Origin: Victivallales bacterium
Lineage (GTDB): Bacteria; Verrucomicrobiota; Lentisphaeria; Victivallales; UBA1829
DNA: 64,000 nucleotides
Direction: 5' to 3'
Assembly (NCBI GenBank): GCA_045114235.1
Contig: JBGUKB010000068.1
Span: 15,606-79,605 of the forward strand
The notes under the pieces were generated by a model, which saw only the letters and a program-made list of their open reading frames with translations, ran no database searches and had not been told where the DNA came from. This document shows, piece after piece, positions 9,971 through 20,808 of this stretch (position 1 is its first letter; each line of letters begins with the position of its first letter). The translations under genes and the position numbers were made by a program.

Positions 9971-10777
9971 ATGCCCGCCGAAATTAAGGAGCATTACGAG
10001 TTCGCGCCGATCGGGCTCCTGCGCACCGGGCTCCGCTGGCGGTACGAAGCGCCGCGCCAGGCCGGATTCTCCGAGGCGAAGGCGCGGATCGAGCTCTACC
10101 CCGGACACGGCTTCGAACAGGCGCTGGAGGACCTCGCCGGATTCGAACGCGTCTGGGTCGTCTTCATCTTCCACCTGAACGCCACCTGGAAACCGAAGGT
10201 CACGCCGCCGTACGCGCCCGAGAACCGCAAGTACGGCGTCTTCTCCACGCGGTCGCCGCACCGCCCGAACCCCGTCGGCCTGAGCTGCGTCGAGCTGGAG
10301 GGGATCGACGGGCTGAACGTCTACCTGAACCACTGCGACATCCTCGACCGCACCCCGGTCCTCGACATCAAGCCGTACATCCCCGCGGTCGACGCGTTCC
10401 CGGAGTCGAAGGCCGGATGGCGCGACGAGCTCGTCCTGACCGAATGGACGCACGAATTCTCGCCCGTCGCGCGGGCGCAAATGGACTGGATCAAATCGCA
10501 GGCCGGGCTCGACCTCGCCAATTTCTGCGCCGTCCAGCTCAAATACGAACCCTTCAACCCCGCCCGCAAGCGCATCGATCGCCTCCCGGACGGCTCCTGG
10601 GCGATCCACTGCCGCACCTGGCGCATCGTGTACCGCGCCGACGCTGACACGTATGTATTGCATTTCGAATCCGTCGGCTCGAACTACCTGCCGGACGAGC
10701 TCGTGCCCGGCGCGCCCGATCCGTACGCAGACAAGGCGTTCCACCGGGCGTTTCTGGAGGTCGCGGCATGGAAGTGA
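9971..10777 (+). CDS. trmO: tRNA m6t6A37 methyltransferase TrmO (TsaA)
   Basis: APRQ, LEDLAGFERVWVVFIFH, GVFSTRSPHRPNPVGLS and TPVLDIKPY. Confidence 0.92.
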   Translation: MPAEIKEHYEFAPIGLLRTGLRWRYEAPRQAGFSEAKARIELYPGHGFEQALEDLAGFERVWVVFIFHLNATWKPKVTPPYAPENRKYGVFSTRSPHRPNPVGLSCVELEGIDGLNVYLNHCDILDRTPVLDIKPYIPAVDAFPESKAGWRDELVLTEWTHEFSPVARAQMDWIKSQAGLDLANFCAVQLKYEPFNPARKRIDRLPDGSWAIHCRTWRIVYRADADTYVLHFESVGSNYLPDELVPGAPDPYADKAFHRAFLEVAAWK

Positions 10778-11625
10778 AACTCTGCTCCATCACGGGGTTC
10801 TGCTCGGGCGTGCGCGCCGCGCTGGACCTGACCGCGGACATGCTGAAGCGGCACGGCCCGCCCGTCTTCATCCTGCACGAACTCGTCCACAACGAATCGG
10901 TCGTGAACGACCTGCTGTCGCGCGGCGCGAAGATCGTCGACGATCCCGAGGGGCTTCCTCCCGGCGCCACGCTCATTTTCAGCGCGCACGGCGTTTCCGA
11001 GGCGGTCGAGGCACGCGCACGGGCGCTCCCGCTGAACATCGTCGACGCCACGTGTCCGCTGGTCCGGAAGGTGCAGGAACGCGGCGCGGAGCTCTCGAAC
11101 GAGGGGCATGTCGTGCTGCTCTTCGGCAAGGCCGGACACCGCGAGGTCGAGGGCATCCTCGGGCGCATCCACGGCGAGAAGCATCTCCTCACGAACGAGG
11201 AGGACGCACGCGATTTCCAGCCGGATTCCGGCAGGACCTACGCCTGCATCAGCCAGACCACCATGAACAGCGACGTGATCGCGGAGATGACCGCGATCCT
11301 GCGCGGGAAGATCCCCGGCCTCGTCGAATCCGCGTCCGTCTGCCGCGCCACGCTCATGCGCCAGAACGCCGTCCGCGAGCTCGCGGCGAAATGCGACCTC
11401 GTGCTGGTCGCCGGGTCCGCGCACAGCTCCAACACGCGCCGTCTGTGCGAGATCGCCGCCGGCCAGGGCGCGCGCGCCGAACTCGTCTCCGGCCCGGAAG
11501 ACATCACGCCGGAACTCCTCTGCGGCGCGAAACGCGTCGGGGTCACCTCGGGCGCGAGCGCGCCGGACACCCTCGTGCGCGGCATCTACGACGCGGTGAA
11601 GCGCATCGCCGAATCCGAAAAGTAA
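10768..11625 (+). CDS. ispH: 4-hydroxy-3-methylbut-2-enyl diphosphate reductase
   Basis: GFCSGV, ELVHN, SAHG, DATCPLV, HREVEG, SQTT, VCRAT, SSNT and GASAP. Confidence 0.95.
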   Translation: MEVKLCSITGFCSGVRAALDLTADMLKRHGPPVFILHELVHNESVVNDLLSRGAKIVDDPEGLPPGATLIFSAHGVSEAVEARARALPLNIVDATCPLVRKVQERGAELSNEGHVVLLFGKAGHREVEGILGRIHGEKHLLTNEEDARDFQPDSGRTYACISQTTMNSDVIAEMTAILRGKIPGLVESASVCRATLMRQNAVRELAAKCDLVLVAGSAHSSNTRRLCEIAAGQGARAELVSGPEDITPELLCGAKRVGVTSGASAPDTLVRGIYDAVKRIAESEK

Positions 11626-11657
11626 ACCCCAACCTCACCCCGCAAGGAGAACACCCC

Positions 11658-12179
11658 ATGCGCCGTCAAGACCGCGAGATCAAAGACTGCAGCGTCATCC
11701 TCGACATCATCCACTCGCTCCCGGTCGGGCATCTCGCCATGAACGACGCGGGAAAGCCCTACGGCGTGACCATGAATTATTTCTCCGAGCTTGACGCGGA
11801 CCGGAACGCCGTGCTGTATTTCCACGGAGCGAAGGAGGGCCGCAAGGCGGAAATCCTGTCCCGCGATCCACATGTCTATTTCTTCGCCGAACGCGACAAC
11901 GGCCCGAAGGTGATCGTCCGCCCGAACGGAATGCGCTCCGTGACAAATCTTTATGTTTCTGTAGCCGGGGAAGGCGTGATGGAGCCGGTCAATGCGCCCA
12001 ATGAAAAGCGGCGTGTCCTCCTCGCAATGGCCAATGCGTTCTCGGACGAGCCGTTCGATTCACTCCCGGACGCCGTGGTGGAGATGACCGCCGTTTGGAA
12101 GCTCGTTTTGAACAGCGTAACGGGAAAAACCAATCCTCCGCTCACACGCCCGGAGCAACAAGCCGCATCCAAACCGTAA
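11658..12179 (+). CDS. pyridoxamine 5'-phosphate oxidase-like FMN-binding protein (NimA family)
   Basis: True start is MRRQDREI, downstream of the GGAG RBS. Motifs PYGVTMNY, LYFHGAKEGRK and YVSVAGEG. The track ORF 10653..12179 is over-extended. Confidence 0.8.
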   Translation: MRRQDREIKDCSVILDIIHSLPVGHLAMNDAGKPYGVTMNYFSELDADRNAVLYFHGAKEGRKAEILSRDPHVYFFAERDNGPKVIVRPNGMRSVTNLYVSVAGEGVMEPVNAPNEKRRVLLAMANAFSDEPFDSLPDAVVEMTAVWKLVLNSVTGKTNPPLTRPEQQAASKP

Positions 12180-12198
12180 AACCATCAGGGAGGCTTCC

Positions 12199-12717
12199 AT
12201 GATCCAGCTGGAAACGATCTCTCTTCCGCCGAAAAGCGACTTCGGATTCTTTTCCGCCGCGCCTTTTTTCGGCGCCAACAGCAAGTTCAGGAAAAAGGTT
12301 GTCCGTCTGCTGCGTTCACGGGCTTCCTTCCGAAACGAGATCGAGAGCATCTGGTCGCTGTTTCCATTTCAGACGGATATTCAGAAGATTCTGGAATGCA
12401 TCCGGGTCAACAACGGCTGGCCCAACGCCCTCTTCCTTCCGTCCGATTCCTTCCTCGCCCTCGCGCCGCTCGAAGGACACTACGAATCCTTCACTGCCGA
12501 TTATGACACCGCGAACTGCATCTTTTTCCTGCTTCATCCCGAGGAAAGGATACAGGGGGACCTGTTAAGCCGGTCGCTTGCCGCGTGCGGAGATATTCCC
12601 GTCATTGATACCGAGCGAATTCTACCGGAACACACGATCGCCGATGTCCTGCATCTGCTCGCCGATTCCTCGTTGTTTGATGAGGAATCATCGGGCGTTG
12701 AAATCCGCAAAGATTAG
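12199..12717 (+). CDS. hypothetical protein
   Basis: 172 aa ORF with a GGAGG RBS; lower GC than the flanks; no recognisable family. Confidence 0.55.
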   Translation: MIQLETISLPPKSDFGFFSAAPFFGANSKFRKKVVRLLRSRASFRNEIESIWSLFPFQTDIQKILECIRVNNGWPNALFLPSDSFLALAPLEGHYESFTADYDTANCIFFLLHPEERIQGDLLSRSLAACGDIPVIDTERILPEHTIADVLHLLADSSLFDEESSGVEIRKD

Positions 12718-13346
12718 TTTTTCGTTTCCTGCGTTGAGGGGACGGGCTGCAGATCGATGATAAGCGGGTCGGACCAGGGAATGAAGGGGATGCCGGTTTG
12801 AAGAATCTCGTAACGGTCAATGTTCCAATCCTTTATTTCGAGGTATGATTTCTCCGCGGACTCTTCGGATTCCGCCGTATTTGTTTCATCATCCGCGTGA
12901 AACATCTCGAAACATTCGCCCCGCCAGCCTCCCGCCGGGTACAAGAAGGAAGATTCCGGAGGAAAATTGACAACCGCGACGCAGAGGAACCGGCCTTCCT
13001 TTTTGACGTAGATGTGCCCAGCATACTGCCGAAGCAGTCCCGGGCCGGAAAGGAGATAGCGATAGCCGTATGTTCGCGGCGTTTCCGGTGCCAGTTTCAC
13101 GAGCTTCGTTTTCAAATTGGATGCCTGAACATAACCGTCGGGCAAGGTCATGATCTCGGCGTAGAACTCATCCGGCTGGCAAAGCCCGATGTACCGTACC
13201 AGGTTAATCATTTTTTCCTGCGCGTCTAAACGTCGCGGAAGGTAATAAAACAGTCCGATGCATACATGAACGGCCACTGCCGCCACGATCAGCATGCCGA
13301 GCGCAATCAGCAGGTTCCGCAGAGTATGGTCCTTTTTGGGTTTCAT
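12714..13346 (-). CDS. hypothetical protein with N-terminal membrane anchor
   Basis: 210 aa with a basic N-terminus followed by hydrophobic LLIALGMLIVAAVAVHVCIGLFYY; GGAGGG RBS. Confidence 0.6.
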   Translation of the reverse strand: MKPKKDHTLRNLLIALGMLIVAAVAVHVCIGLFYYLPRRLDAQEKMINLVRYIGLCQPDEFYAEIMTLPDGYVQASNLKTKLVKLAPETPRTYGYRYLLSGPGLLRQYAGHIYVKKEGRFLCVAVVNFPPESSFLYPAGGWRGECFEMFHADDETNTAESEESAEKSYLEIKDWNIDRYEILQTGIPFIPWSDPLIIDLQPVPSTQETKN

Positions 13347-13365
13347 GGTTCCCTCCTTGCCGCCG

Positions 13366-14283
13366 TCACGTCCGGCGGACGAGCTTGTAGTTCTGGAGCA
13401 GGAACAGCGGGTCGTAGGACTTTTTCGCCTGGCGGAGGCCGGGGATGCCGAGGTCCTGTTCGCGGTTGAGCAGCCGGGCGCGGCCCTGCAGCGCGGCGGC
13501 GGTTTTGTGCGTGATGTACTGCGACGCGCCCTTGTATTCGTAGCGGGTCTTCTCGAAATGCACGGTCCAGAGGTCGGACGACACCGGGCTGTACACGGCG
13601 AAGGAGACGACGCGGCCCCCGGCGCGGAGCACGAGCCCCTCGACCGGAAGCGACTCGAAATGCTCCGCGAGCATCCCGATGGCGGCGTCCTCCTGCGCGA
13701 CCTCGATGGAAACGGGCTGGTCCTGCGCCGCGAGCCAGTCGCGCTGAACGGCGAGCGCTTCGTCGAGATTGGCGCGGGAAAGCGGCTCCAGCGCGGCGTC
13801 CGGGTAATCCTCGCAGAACTGCGCGATCAGGTTGCGTTTCTTCGCGAGCAGCCGCCCGTGCAGGCCGACGAGCGCGTCCACGCAGTAGACGTACTCGTCG
13901 TAGCGGTCGTCCATGCGTTCGGCGGAGAAGCGCGTCCCGACGTCCGGATGTGTCTTCAGATACTCCTGGTCCACGTGGTCGAACGAGCCGCCGTAGCCCG
14001 CGCGGATCAAGCGGTCGGACACCGCCAGAAGCTCGTCCGGTTCCGGGCCGCGCGCTCCGCCCGGCGCGAACATCAGGATGTCCTCGGTCTCGAGCAGGAG
14101 ATAGAGGTGCGAGCCGATGAAACACCAGTCGGGGCGGTAGGTCCCGCTCCACAGGAAAAGGTTGGTGAACGCGAATTCGCAGCTCTGGCGGCCGGACGCG
14201 AGCAGGAAGGGTTCGAGGACTGCGCGGTCTTCGAGCGCGAGGCGACGGAAACCCTCCGGCGGCTGGAGTTCGCGTTCGTTCAT
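13366..14283 (-). CDS. DUF2156 / phosphatidylglycerol lysyltransferase C-terminal-like protein
   Basis: CEFAFTNLFLW, EYVY..DALVGLHGRLLAKKRN, HFEKT, YKGASQYI and LNREQDLGIPGLRQAKKSYDP; start trimmed to MNEREL. Confidence 0.85.
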   Translation of the reverse strand: MNERELQPPEGFRRLALEDRAVLEPFLLASGRQSCEFAFTNLFLWSGTYRPDWCFIGSHLYLLLETEDILMFAPGGARGPEPDELLAVSDRLIRAGYGGSFDHVDQEYLKTHPDVGTRFSAERMDDRYDEYVYCVDALVGLHGRLLAKKRNLIAQFCEDYPDAALEPLSRANLDEALAVQRDWLAAQDQPVSIEVAQEDAAIGMLAEHFESLPVEGLVLRAGGRVVSFAVYSPVSSDLWTVHFEKTRYEYKGASQYITHKTAAALQGRARLLNREQDLGIPGLRQAKKSYDPLFLLQNYKLVRRT

Positions 14284-14726
14284 TTGCCATCCGCTCCGTT
14301 TTTCGCGCCGAAGCGGAACGCGGTATGTCCGTCCATCTGGGCGGCTCCGGCGGCGCGGTAGAACGCCTCCGTGCCGGGCACGCCGATGCAGACGATCCAG
14401 TCGATGCCGAACGAGGCGAGATGGTCCGCGAGGCACTTCACGATCGCGCGGCCGACGCCCTGCGAACGGTGCGCCGGATCGACCACGACGTCAAGGATAT
14501 ACGCGTCGCTCACGCCGTCGGACAGCGCGCGCGCCATGCCGACGAGGCGGCCGGCGGGATCGAACGCCGCGGAGACCGCGAACGAATTCGCGATCATGGC
14601 GTCGAGCTCCGAGGCGGGATCGGACGGACCGAACCAGCCTGCGGCACGGTAGAGCGCAAGCGCGTCCGCGCGCGGGAGGTCCTTCGTGACCGAATACCGG
14701 AACCGATCCTGCCTGCCCGTATCCAT
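14280..14726 (-). CDS. GNAT family N-acetyltransferase
   Basis: RLVGMARALSDGVSDAYILDVVVDPAHRSQGVG and AFYRAAG. Confidence 0.9.
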   Translation of the reverse strand: MDTGRQDRFRYSVTKDLPRADALALYRAAGWFGPSDPASELDAMIANSFAVSAAFDPAGRLVGMARALSDGVSDAYILDVVVDPAHRSQGVGRAIVKCLADHLASFGIDWIVCIGVPGTEAFYRAAGAAQMDGHTAFRFGAKNGADGK

Positions 14727-14741
14727 AAGGCCCCGAAGGAA

Positions 14742-15988
<1,247 letters not shown>

Positions 15989-15992
<4 letters not shown>

Positions 15993-16342
15993 GAATGGTC
16001 CTTTATGAGGTTGAGGAACGAAACGGATTCGGAAACGGTGATGGGGTCGATCCCCACGGCGTAGACGCGGACCGCGAGGTCGTAGAGTGCGGGCTCGCCG
16101 TCGGGGCGGACCGTGCGCGGGTTCACGATGCGCATCTGCTTCAGTTCGAGGGTATTGTTGCCGGCTGTGATCGGATGGCGGACGCCCTCGATCATGGTCA
16201 TGCCGTCGATGTGCTGTTCGACGATGATGGTGGTGCCGCAGTCGCACGTGAGCTCAAGCGTCTGGTCGATGACAACCTGTTTGTTTTCAGGCTGCCAGAC
16301 GGTCTTGTTCACGAGCTTTCCGATTTTGAGTCCGATCGGCAT
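15989..16342 (-). CDS. hypothetical protein, resembles a stand-alone GH2 Ig-like beta-sandwich module
   Basis: 117 aa, coupled to dapB and icd. [22 protein letters not shown] resembles the I.NP.LW.P..GEP.LY.L.V motif of GH2 enzymes. Confidence 0.5.
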
Positions 16343-16369
16343 GATTGCGGCTCCTGCGGTTCGCCCGGC

Positions 16370-17173
16370 TTACTTCAGCCCGAGCACGTCCTGCATGTCG
16401 TAATACCCGGCAGAAGCGCCCGCGAGCCATTTGGCGGCCCGGAGCGCGCCCTTCGCGAAGGTCATGCGGCTGGACGCGCGGTGCGTCAGCTCGATGCGCT
16501 CGCCGTCGCCCGCGAAGAGCACGGTGTGGTCGCCCACGATGTCGCCGCCGCGCACGGCGTGGATGCCGATCTCACGACGGGTGCGCGCGCCCACGATGCC
16601 CTGGCGGCCGTAGCGGAGATCGTCCTGCGTGCGGTCCGCGGCTTCGCAGAGGACTTCGGCGAGGCGGACGGCGGTGCCGCTCGGGGCGTCCTTCTTCTGG
16701 TTGTGGTGTGCCTCGATGATCTCCATGTCGAAATCGTCGGCGAGGAGCGAGGCAGTCTTGCCGGAGAGGAAGAAGAGGAGGTTCACGCCGACGCTGTAGT
16801 TGAACGTCTGGACGATGCGCGCGCCCTGTGCGGAGAGTTCGCGGAGGGCGGCTTTGTCGGCGTCGGTAAGCGCGGTGGTGCCGATCACGATGGAGAGCCC
16901 GGCCTTCGCGGCGGCGCGGGCGTTCTCCAGCACGTTTCCGGTGCTGAAGTCGATGATGGCGTCGGCGTTGGCGAGCATTTCCGGCGTGAGCGAGGCGGAG
17001 ATCGGCACGTCGAGCGCGGCGACTCCGGCGACGGTCCCGGCGTCCTGCCCGATGAGCGGGCTGGCGGGATATTCGGTGGCTCCCGCGAGCTGGAATTCAG
17101 GATTTGCGGCGATGGCGGCGACGAGCACCTTGCCCATGCGTCCGGCGGAGCCTGTGATGATGGTGCGGATCAT
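16370..17173 (-). CDS. dapB: 4-hydroxy-tetrahydrodipicolinate reductase
   Basis: GSAGRMG, IDFS, IGTT, NYSVGVN, EAHHNQKKDAPSGTA, RGGDIVGDH and FAKGALRAA. Confidence 0.97.
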   Translation of the reverse strand: MIRTIITGSAGRMGKVLVAAIAANPEFQLAGATEYPASPLIGQDAGTVAGVAALDVPISASLTPEMLANADAIIDFSTGNVLENARAAAKAGLSIVIGTTALTDADKAALRELSAQGARIVQTFNYSVGVNLLFFLSGKTASLLADDFDMEIIEAHHNQKKDAPSGTAVRLAEVLCEAADRTQDDLRYGRQGIVGARTRREIGIHAVRGGDIVGDHTVLFAGDGERIELTHRASSRMTFAKGALRAAKWLAGASAGYYDMQDVLGLK

Positions 17174-17185
17174 GCGGAAACCTCC

Positions 17186-20128
17186 TTAAACGCCTTCGAG
17201 CGTGGATTTGTAGGATTTGATGAGGTCGGCGAGCTTGGCGGACACGACGACTTTGCCGCCGCGCGTGAACACCAGTTCCTGCTTCTCCGTGGTCACGCCG
17301 ACGCGGGCGAACACGTTTCCGGCGAGCATCTTTTCGAGCTCGGCGGCGCGTTCGGGGCGGCAGGTCAGGATGAAGCGGGAGTTCGACTCGGAGAAGAGCG
17401 CCTCGGCGGCGTTCAGGTTTTCGATGCCGGGGAGCTTGTCGAGGTCGATGGTCATGCCGAGGCGGCCGCCGATGGCGGACTTGGCCGCGGCGATGGCGAG
17501 GCCGCCGAGCGCGGGCGAGATGATGGAGGACGGGATATCCGCCTTGATGACCTCGGCGAGCGCATGGTAGAGCTTGGAGGCCTTCGGAATGTCGACCTTC
17601 GGGACGTTGTTGCCGACGGCGTCCAGCATGGCGTAGTATTCGCTGCCGCCGAGCTCGGGCTTGGTCTCGCCGAGCACGTACACGGCGTCGCCCGCGAACT
17701 TGGCGTCGAGGGAGACCGCGTGCGACACGTCGTCGATGCGGGCGATGGTGCTGAAGAGGACGGTGGGCGGGATGGAGATCTTGCGGCCGCCGCGCGTGCT
17801 GTCGTTCTTCATGCTGTCCTTGCCGGAGATGCAGGGCACCTTGAACGCCTTGGTGCAGTCGTAGAGCGCCATGTTCGCGCGGACGAGCTGCGCGAGCTTG
17901 TATTCGCCGTCCGGGGTCTTCTCACTCTGCACGGGGTCGGGCCAGCAGAAGTTGTCGAGGCCGGCGATGTGGTCGGGATCGGCGCCCGCGGCGACGGAAC
18001 GGCGCACGGCGAGGTCGATGATGGACGCCATCATGTGGTAGGTGTCGATGTCGCTGTAGCGCGGGAGGATGCCGGCGGAGAGCACGATGCCCTCCTTCGC
18101 GAGAGGTTCGGCGAGCGTGACGGTGGCGTCGGAGGCGACGTCGCGGCAGACGCCGGTGAACGGCTTGATGATGCTGAGGCCCTTCACCTCGTGGTCGTAC
18201 TGGCGCGCCTTGTATTCGTCGGAGCAGATGTTCAGGCGACCGATGAGATTCACGAGGTCGGCGGAGAGGTCGCGGCCGGAGATGACCGGCTCGTCGAAGA
18301 CCGGGGGCTTCCACTCGGCTTTCAGGTGGAGTTTCGGCAGGCCCTCGTGCATGAACTTGATGTCGATGTCCGCCACCACGCGGTCGCCGTAGGTGATGTG
18401 GAACTTGCCGGAGTGGTTGAAGCGGCCGAGCACGGTCGCCTCCACGTCGCGGGCGGCGGCGAGCGCCAGGAATTCGTCGAGGCGTTCCGGCGCGACGGCG
18501 AAGCTCATGCGTTCCTGCGCCTCGGAAACGAGGATCTCCCACGGCTGGAGGCCGGAGTATTTGAGCGGGGCCTTCGCAAGGTCCATGTCGCAGCCGCCGC
18601 AGACGTCGGCCATTTCGCCGACGCTGGAGGAGAGACCGCCCGCGCCGTTGTCGGTCACGAAACGGTAGAGGAGGCGTTCGCGCGCCTCGTGGATGAAGTC
18701 GCTCATGCGCTTCTGGGTGATCGGGTCGCCGATCTGGACCGCCTGCACGGGGCTGTCCTTGTGCAGCTCTTCGCTGGAGAACGTGGCGCCGTGGATGCCG
18801 TCCTTGCCGATGCGGCCGCCGGTCATCACGATATAGTCGCCGGGCTCGATGAACTTCTCCCAGCCGTTGCGATCGCCGACCTTGCGCGGGAGCGTGCCGA
18901 CCGTGCCGCAGTAGACGAGCGGCTTGCCGATGTAGCGGTCGTCGAAGTATTCCCAGCCGACGGCGTACGGGATGCCGCTCTGGTTGCCGCCGTCGATCAC
19001 GCCCTTGTGGACGCCGTCGCGGAGGCGGCGGGGATGCAGGAGGCCTTCGGGAACGTTGATCGGGTCGGTGAACGGCGAACCGAGGCAGTAGCCCCAGACG
19101 TTCAGCAGCAGGTCGGCACCCTGCCCGGTCCCGAGCGGGTCGCGGTTCACGCCCACGATGCCGGTCATGGCTCCACCGTAGGGGTCGAGCGCGGACGGAC
19201 TATTGTGGGTCTCGGCCTTGTAGACGAGGTCGAAACGGTCATTGAAGCGGATCACGCCGGCATTGTCGGTGAAGACGGAGACGAGCCACGGCACCTCGGC
19301 CTGAAGCTCCTTCGTGCTCTTCTTGATGTAGCTCTTGTAGAGCGAGGAGATCGTGATGGTCTTGCCGTCCGGGGTGGTGTAGTCGATGTCGGCGGCGAAG
19401 ATCTTGTGCTTGCAGTGTTCGCTCCATGTCTGGGCGAGGACTTCCATCTCCACGTCGGTCGGTTTGCGGCCGAGCTGGCGGAAGTAGCCCTGGATGGACT
19501 TCATTTCCTCGAGGCTGAGGGCGAGCGTGCCCTTGTGGGACAGCTCCATGAGCTTTTCGTCGGAGACTTCCAGGTCGTAATCGCGGACGATGACCTCGCC
19601 GAGGCCCTTGATGACGGGCTTGTTCAGCGGGATGGAGCTGTTCACGAGCTCGTCGCGGGAGAAGACGTCGACCGATTCGATCAGGACGTTCGCGAGCAGG
19701 CCGGTTGCGATGCGCTGCGCCTGTTCGCGGGTCATTTCGGGGGAATCGACCAGATATTCGATCGAGCTGAAAACCTGCTCCTCGCGGGAAAGCTTGCGGC
19801 CGATGATGTCGCCGATTGCCTCCCACGCCGTGCGCGCCACGTTGTCCGTCACGCCCGGCTTGAACCCGACGCGGATCAGCCAAGTGTAGTTCAGATCGGC
19901 GGACGGGGTTTCGCCCACGATGCCGCTGCGGGTGACCGGGTCGGCGAGTTCGTGCGCGACCTTCGCGGCCTCCTCCGGCGTGATGTTCGCGGAGACAGTG
20001 TAGACGGAACGGGTGCGGATGCCGCGGACGGGCGGCAGTCCGGGGAGGGCGGAAAGGCGGCGAACGACGCCCTGGCCGCGGGCGTCCTGCCACTGCGGCT
20101 TCACCGACATTTCAATACGATAGTCCAT
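17186..20128 (-). CDS. purL: phosphoribosylformylglycinamidine synthase, PurS-like domains fused to PurL, no glutaminase domain
   Basis: KPGVTDN, QTWSEHCKHKIF, DNAGV, KAETHNSPS, DNGAGGLSSS, SEAQERM, QYDHEV and ISGKDSM. Confidence 0.93.
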   Translation of the reverse strand: MDYRIEMSVKPQWQDARGQGVVRRLSALPGLPPVRGIRTRSVYTVSANITPEEAAKVAHELADPVTRSGIVGETPSADLNYTWLIRVGFKPGVTDNVARTAWEAIGDIIGRKLSREEQVFSSIEYLVDSPEMTREQAQRIATGLLANVLIESVDVFSRDELVNSSIPLNKPVIKGLGEVIVRDYDLEVSDEKLMELSHKGTLALSLEEMKSIQGYFRQLGRKPTDVEMEVLAQTWSEHCKHKIFAADIDYTTPDGKTITISSLYKSYIKKSTKELQAEVPWLVSVFTDNAGVIRFNDRFDLVYKAETHNSPSALDPYGGAMTGIVGVNRDPLGTGQGADLLLNVWGYCLGSPFTDPINVPEGLLHPRRLRDGVHKGVIDGGNQSGIPYAVGWEYFDDRYIGKPLVYCGTVGTLPRKVGDRNGWEKFIEPGDYIVMTGGRIGKDGIHGATFSSEELHKDSPVQAVQIGDPITQKRMSDFIHEARERLLYRFVTDNGAGGLSSSVGEMADVCGGCDMDLAKAPLKYSGLQPWEILVSEAQERMSFAVAPERLDEFLALAAARDVEATVLGRFNHSGKFHITYGDRVVADIDIKFMHEGLPKLHLKAEWKPPVFDEPVISGRDLSADLVNLIGRLNICSDEYKARQYDHEVKGLSIIKPFTGVCRDVASDATVTLAEPLAKEGIVLSAGILPRYSDIDTYHMMASIIDLAVRRSVAAGADPDHIAGLDNFCWPDPVQSEKTPDGEYKLAQLVRANMALYDCTKAFKVPCISGKDSMKNDSTRGGRKISIPPTVLFSTIARIDDVSHAVSLDAKFAGDAVYVLGETKPELGGSEYYAMLDAVGNNVPKVDIPKASKLYHALAEVIKADIPSSIISPALGGLAIAAAKSAIGGRLGMTIDLDKLPGIENLNAAEALFSESNSRFILTCRPERAAELEKMLAGNVFARVGVTTEKQELVFTRGGKVVVSAKLADLIKSYKSTLEGV

Positions 20129-20177
20129 GAGCTTATCCTTGCTTGGAGGGGTTATTTAAAAAATTATAGCAAGAAAA

Positions 20178-20206
20178 AATATACCCCCGGAATGGCGTTT
20201 TTTCAA
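20178..20206 (-). promoter_or_regulatory. sigma70-type promoter of the purL-dapB-icd unit
   Basis: TTGAAA-17 bp-TATATT on the minus strand. Confidence 0.65.
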
Positions 20207-20220
20207 GCCGGAGGCGCAAA

Positions 20221-20808
20221 TCAGGACTTCTTTTTTCGGGCGTTCGCGCGGACCGTGCGGAAAAACGCCTGGAACATCTCCTTGCACTCCTCCTCCATGA
20301 GTCCGGCGGTCACTTCGACGTTGTGGAGCATGCCGGGGAATCCGGTCACGTTCAGGGCGGTCCCGGCGGCGCCGCAGCGCGGATCGCGCATGCCGAAGAC
20401 CACGCGGCGGATGCGCGAGTTCACCATGGCTCCGGCGCACATGGCGCACGGTTCCTTGGTCACATAGATGTCGATGCCGTCCAGCCGCCAATCGCCGATG
20501 ACCTGAGGCAAACTCGCAATCAGCATGAGTTCGGCGTGGGCGGTCGCATCCTTCAGCAGCTCCACCTGATTCCACGAACGCGCGATGATGAGGCCGTCCT
20601 TCACCGCCACGGCTCCGACCGGGACTTCGCCCGCGTCGGCGGCCTGCTGGGCGCACCGGAGCGCGGCGCGCATGTAGTAATCGTCCCCAAGCAGGGGCTT
20701 CAGTTCGCCGTCGTCCTCTCCGACGAATAGACCGTCGACGGAGCCGAACTCGAATTCGTCGGAATCCGGCGCGGAGGGGAAAAGGATGTCGGAATCGTCA
20801 CTTGGCAT
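20221..20808 (-). CDS. tadA: tRNA adenosine(34) deaminase
   Basis: GEVPVGAV, DATAHAE and YVTKEPCAMCAGA. Confidence 0.95.
   Translation of the reverse strand: MPSDDSDILFPSAPDSDEFEFGSVDGLFVGEDDGELKPLLGDDYYMRAALRCAQQAADAGEVPVGAVAVKDGLIIARSWNQVELLKDATAHAELMLIASLPQVIGDWRLDGIDIYVTKEPCAMCAGAMVNSRIRRVVFGMRDPRCGAAGTALNVTGFPGMLHNVEVTAGLMEEECKEMFQAFFRTVRANARKKKS

Noticed and set aside
15995-20467. 1490 aa plus-strand ORF
   Set aside because: Antisense shadow of purL/dapB caused by high-GC codon bias; no motifs. The same applies to 592..2307, 5161..7206, 14325..16064, 20786..24040, 36787..38700, 38775..40997, 45325..47001 and 47928..50216.
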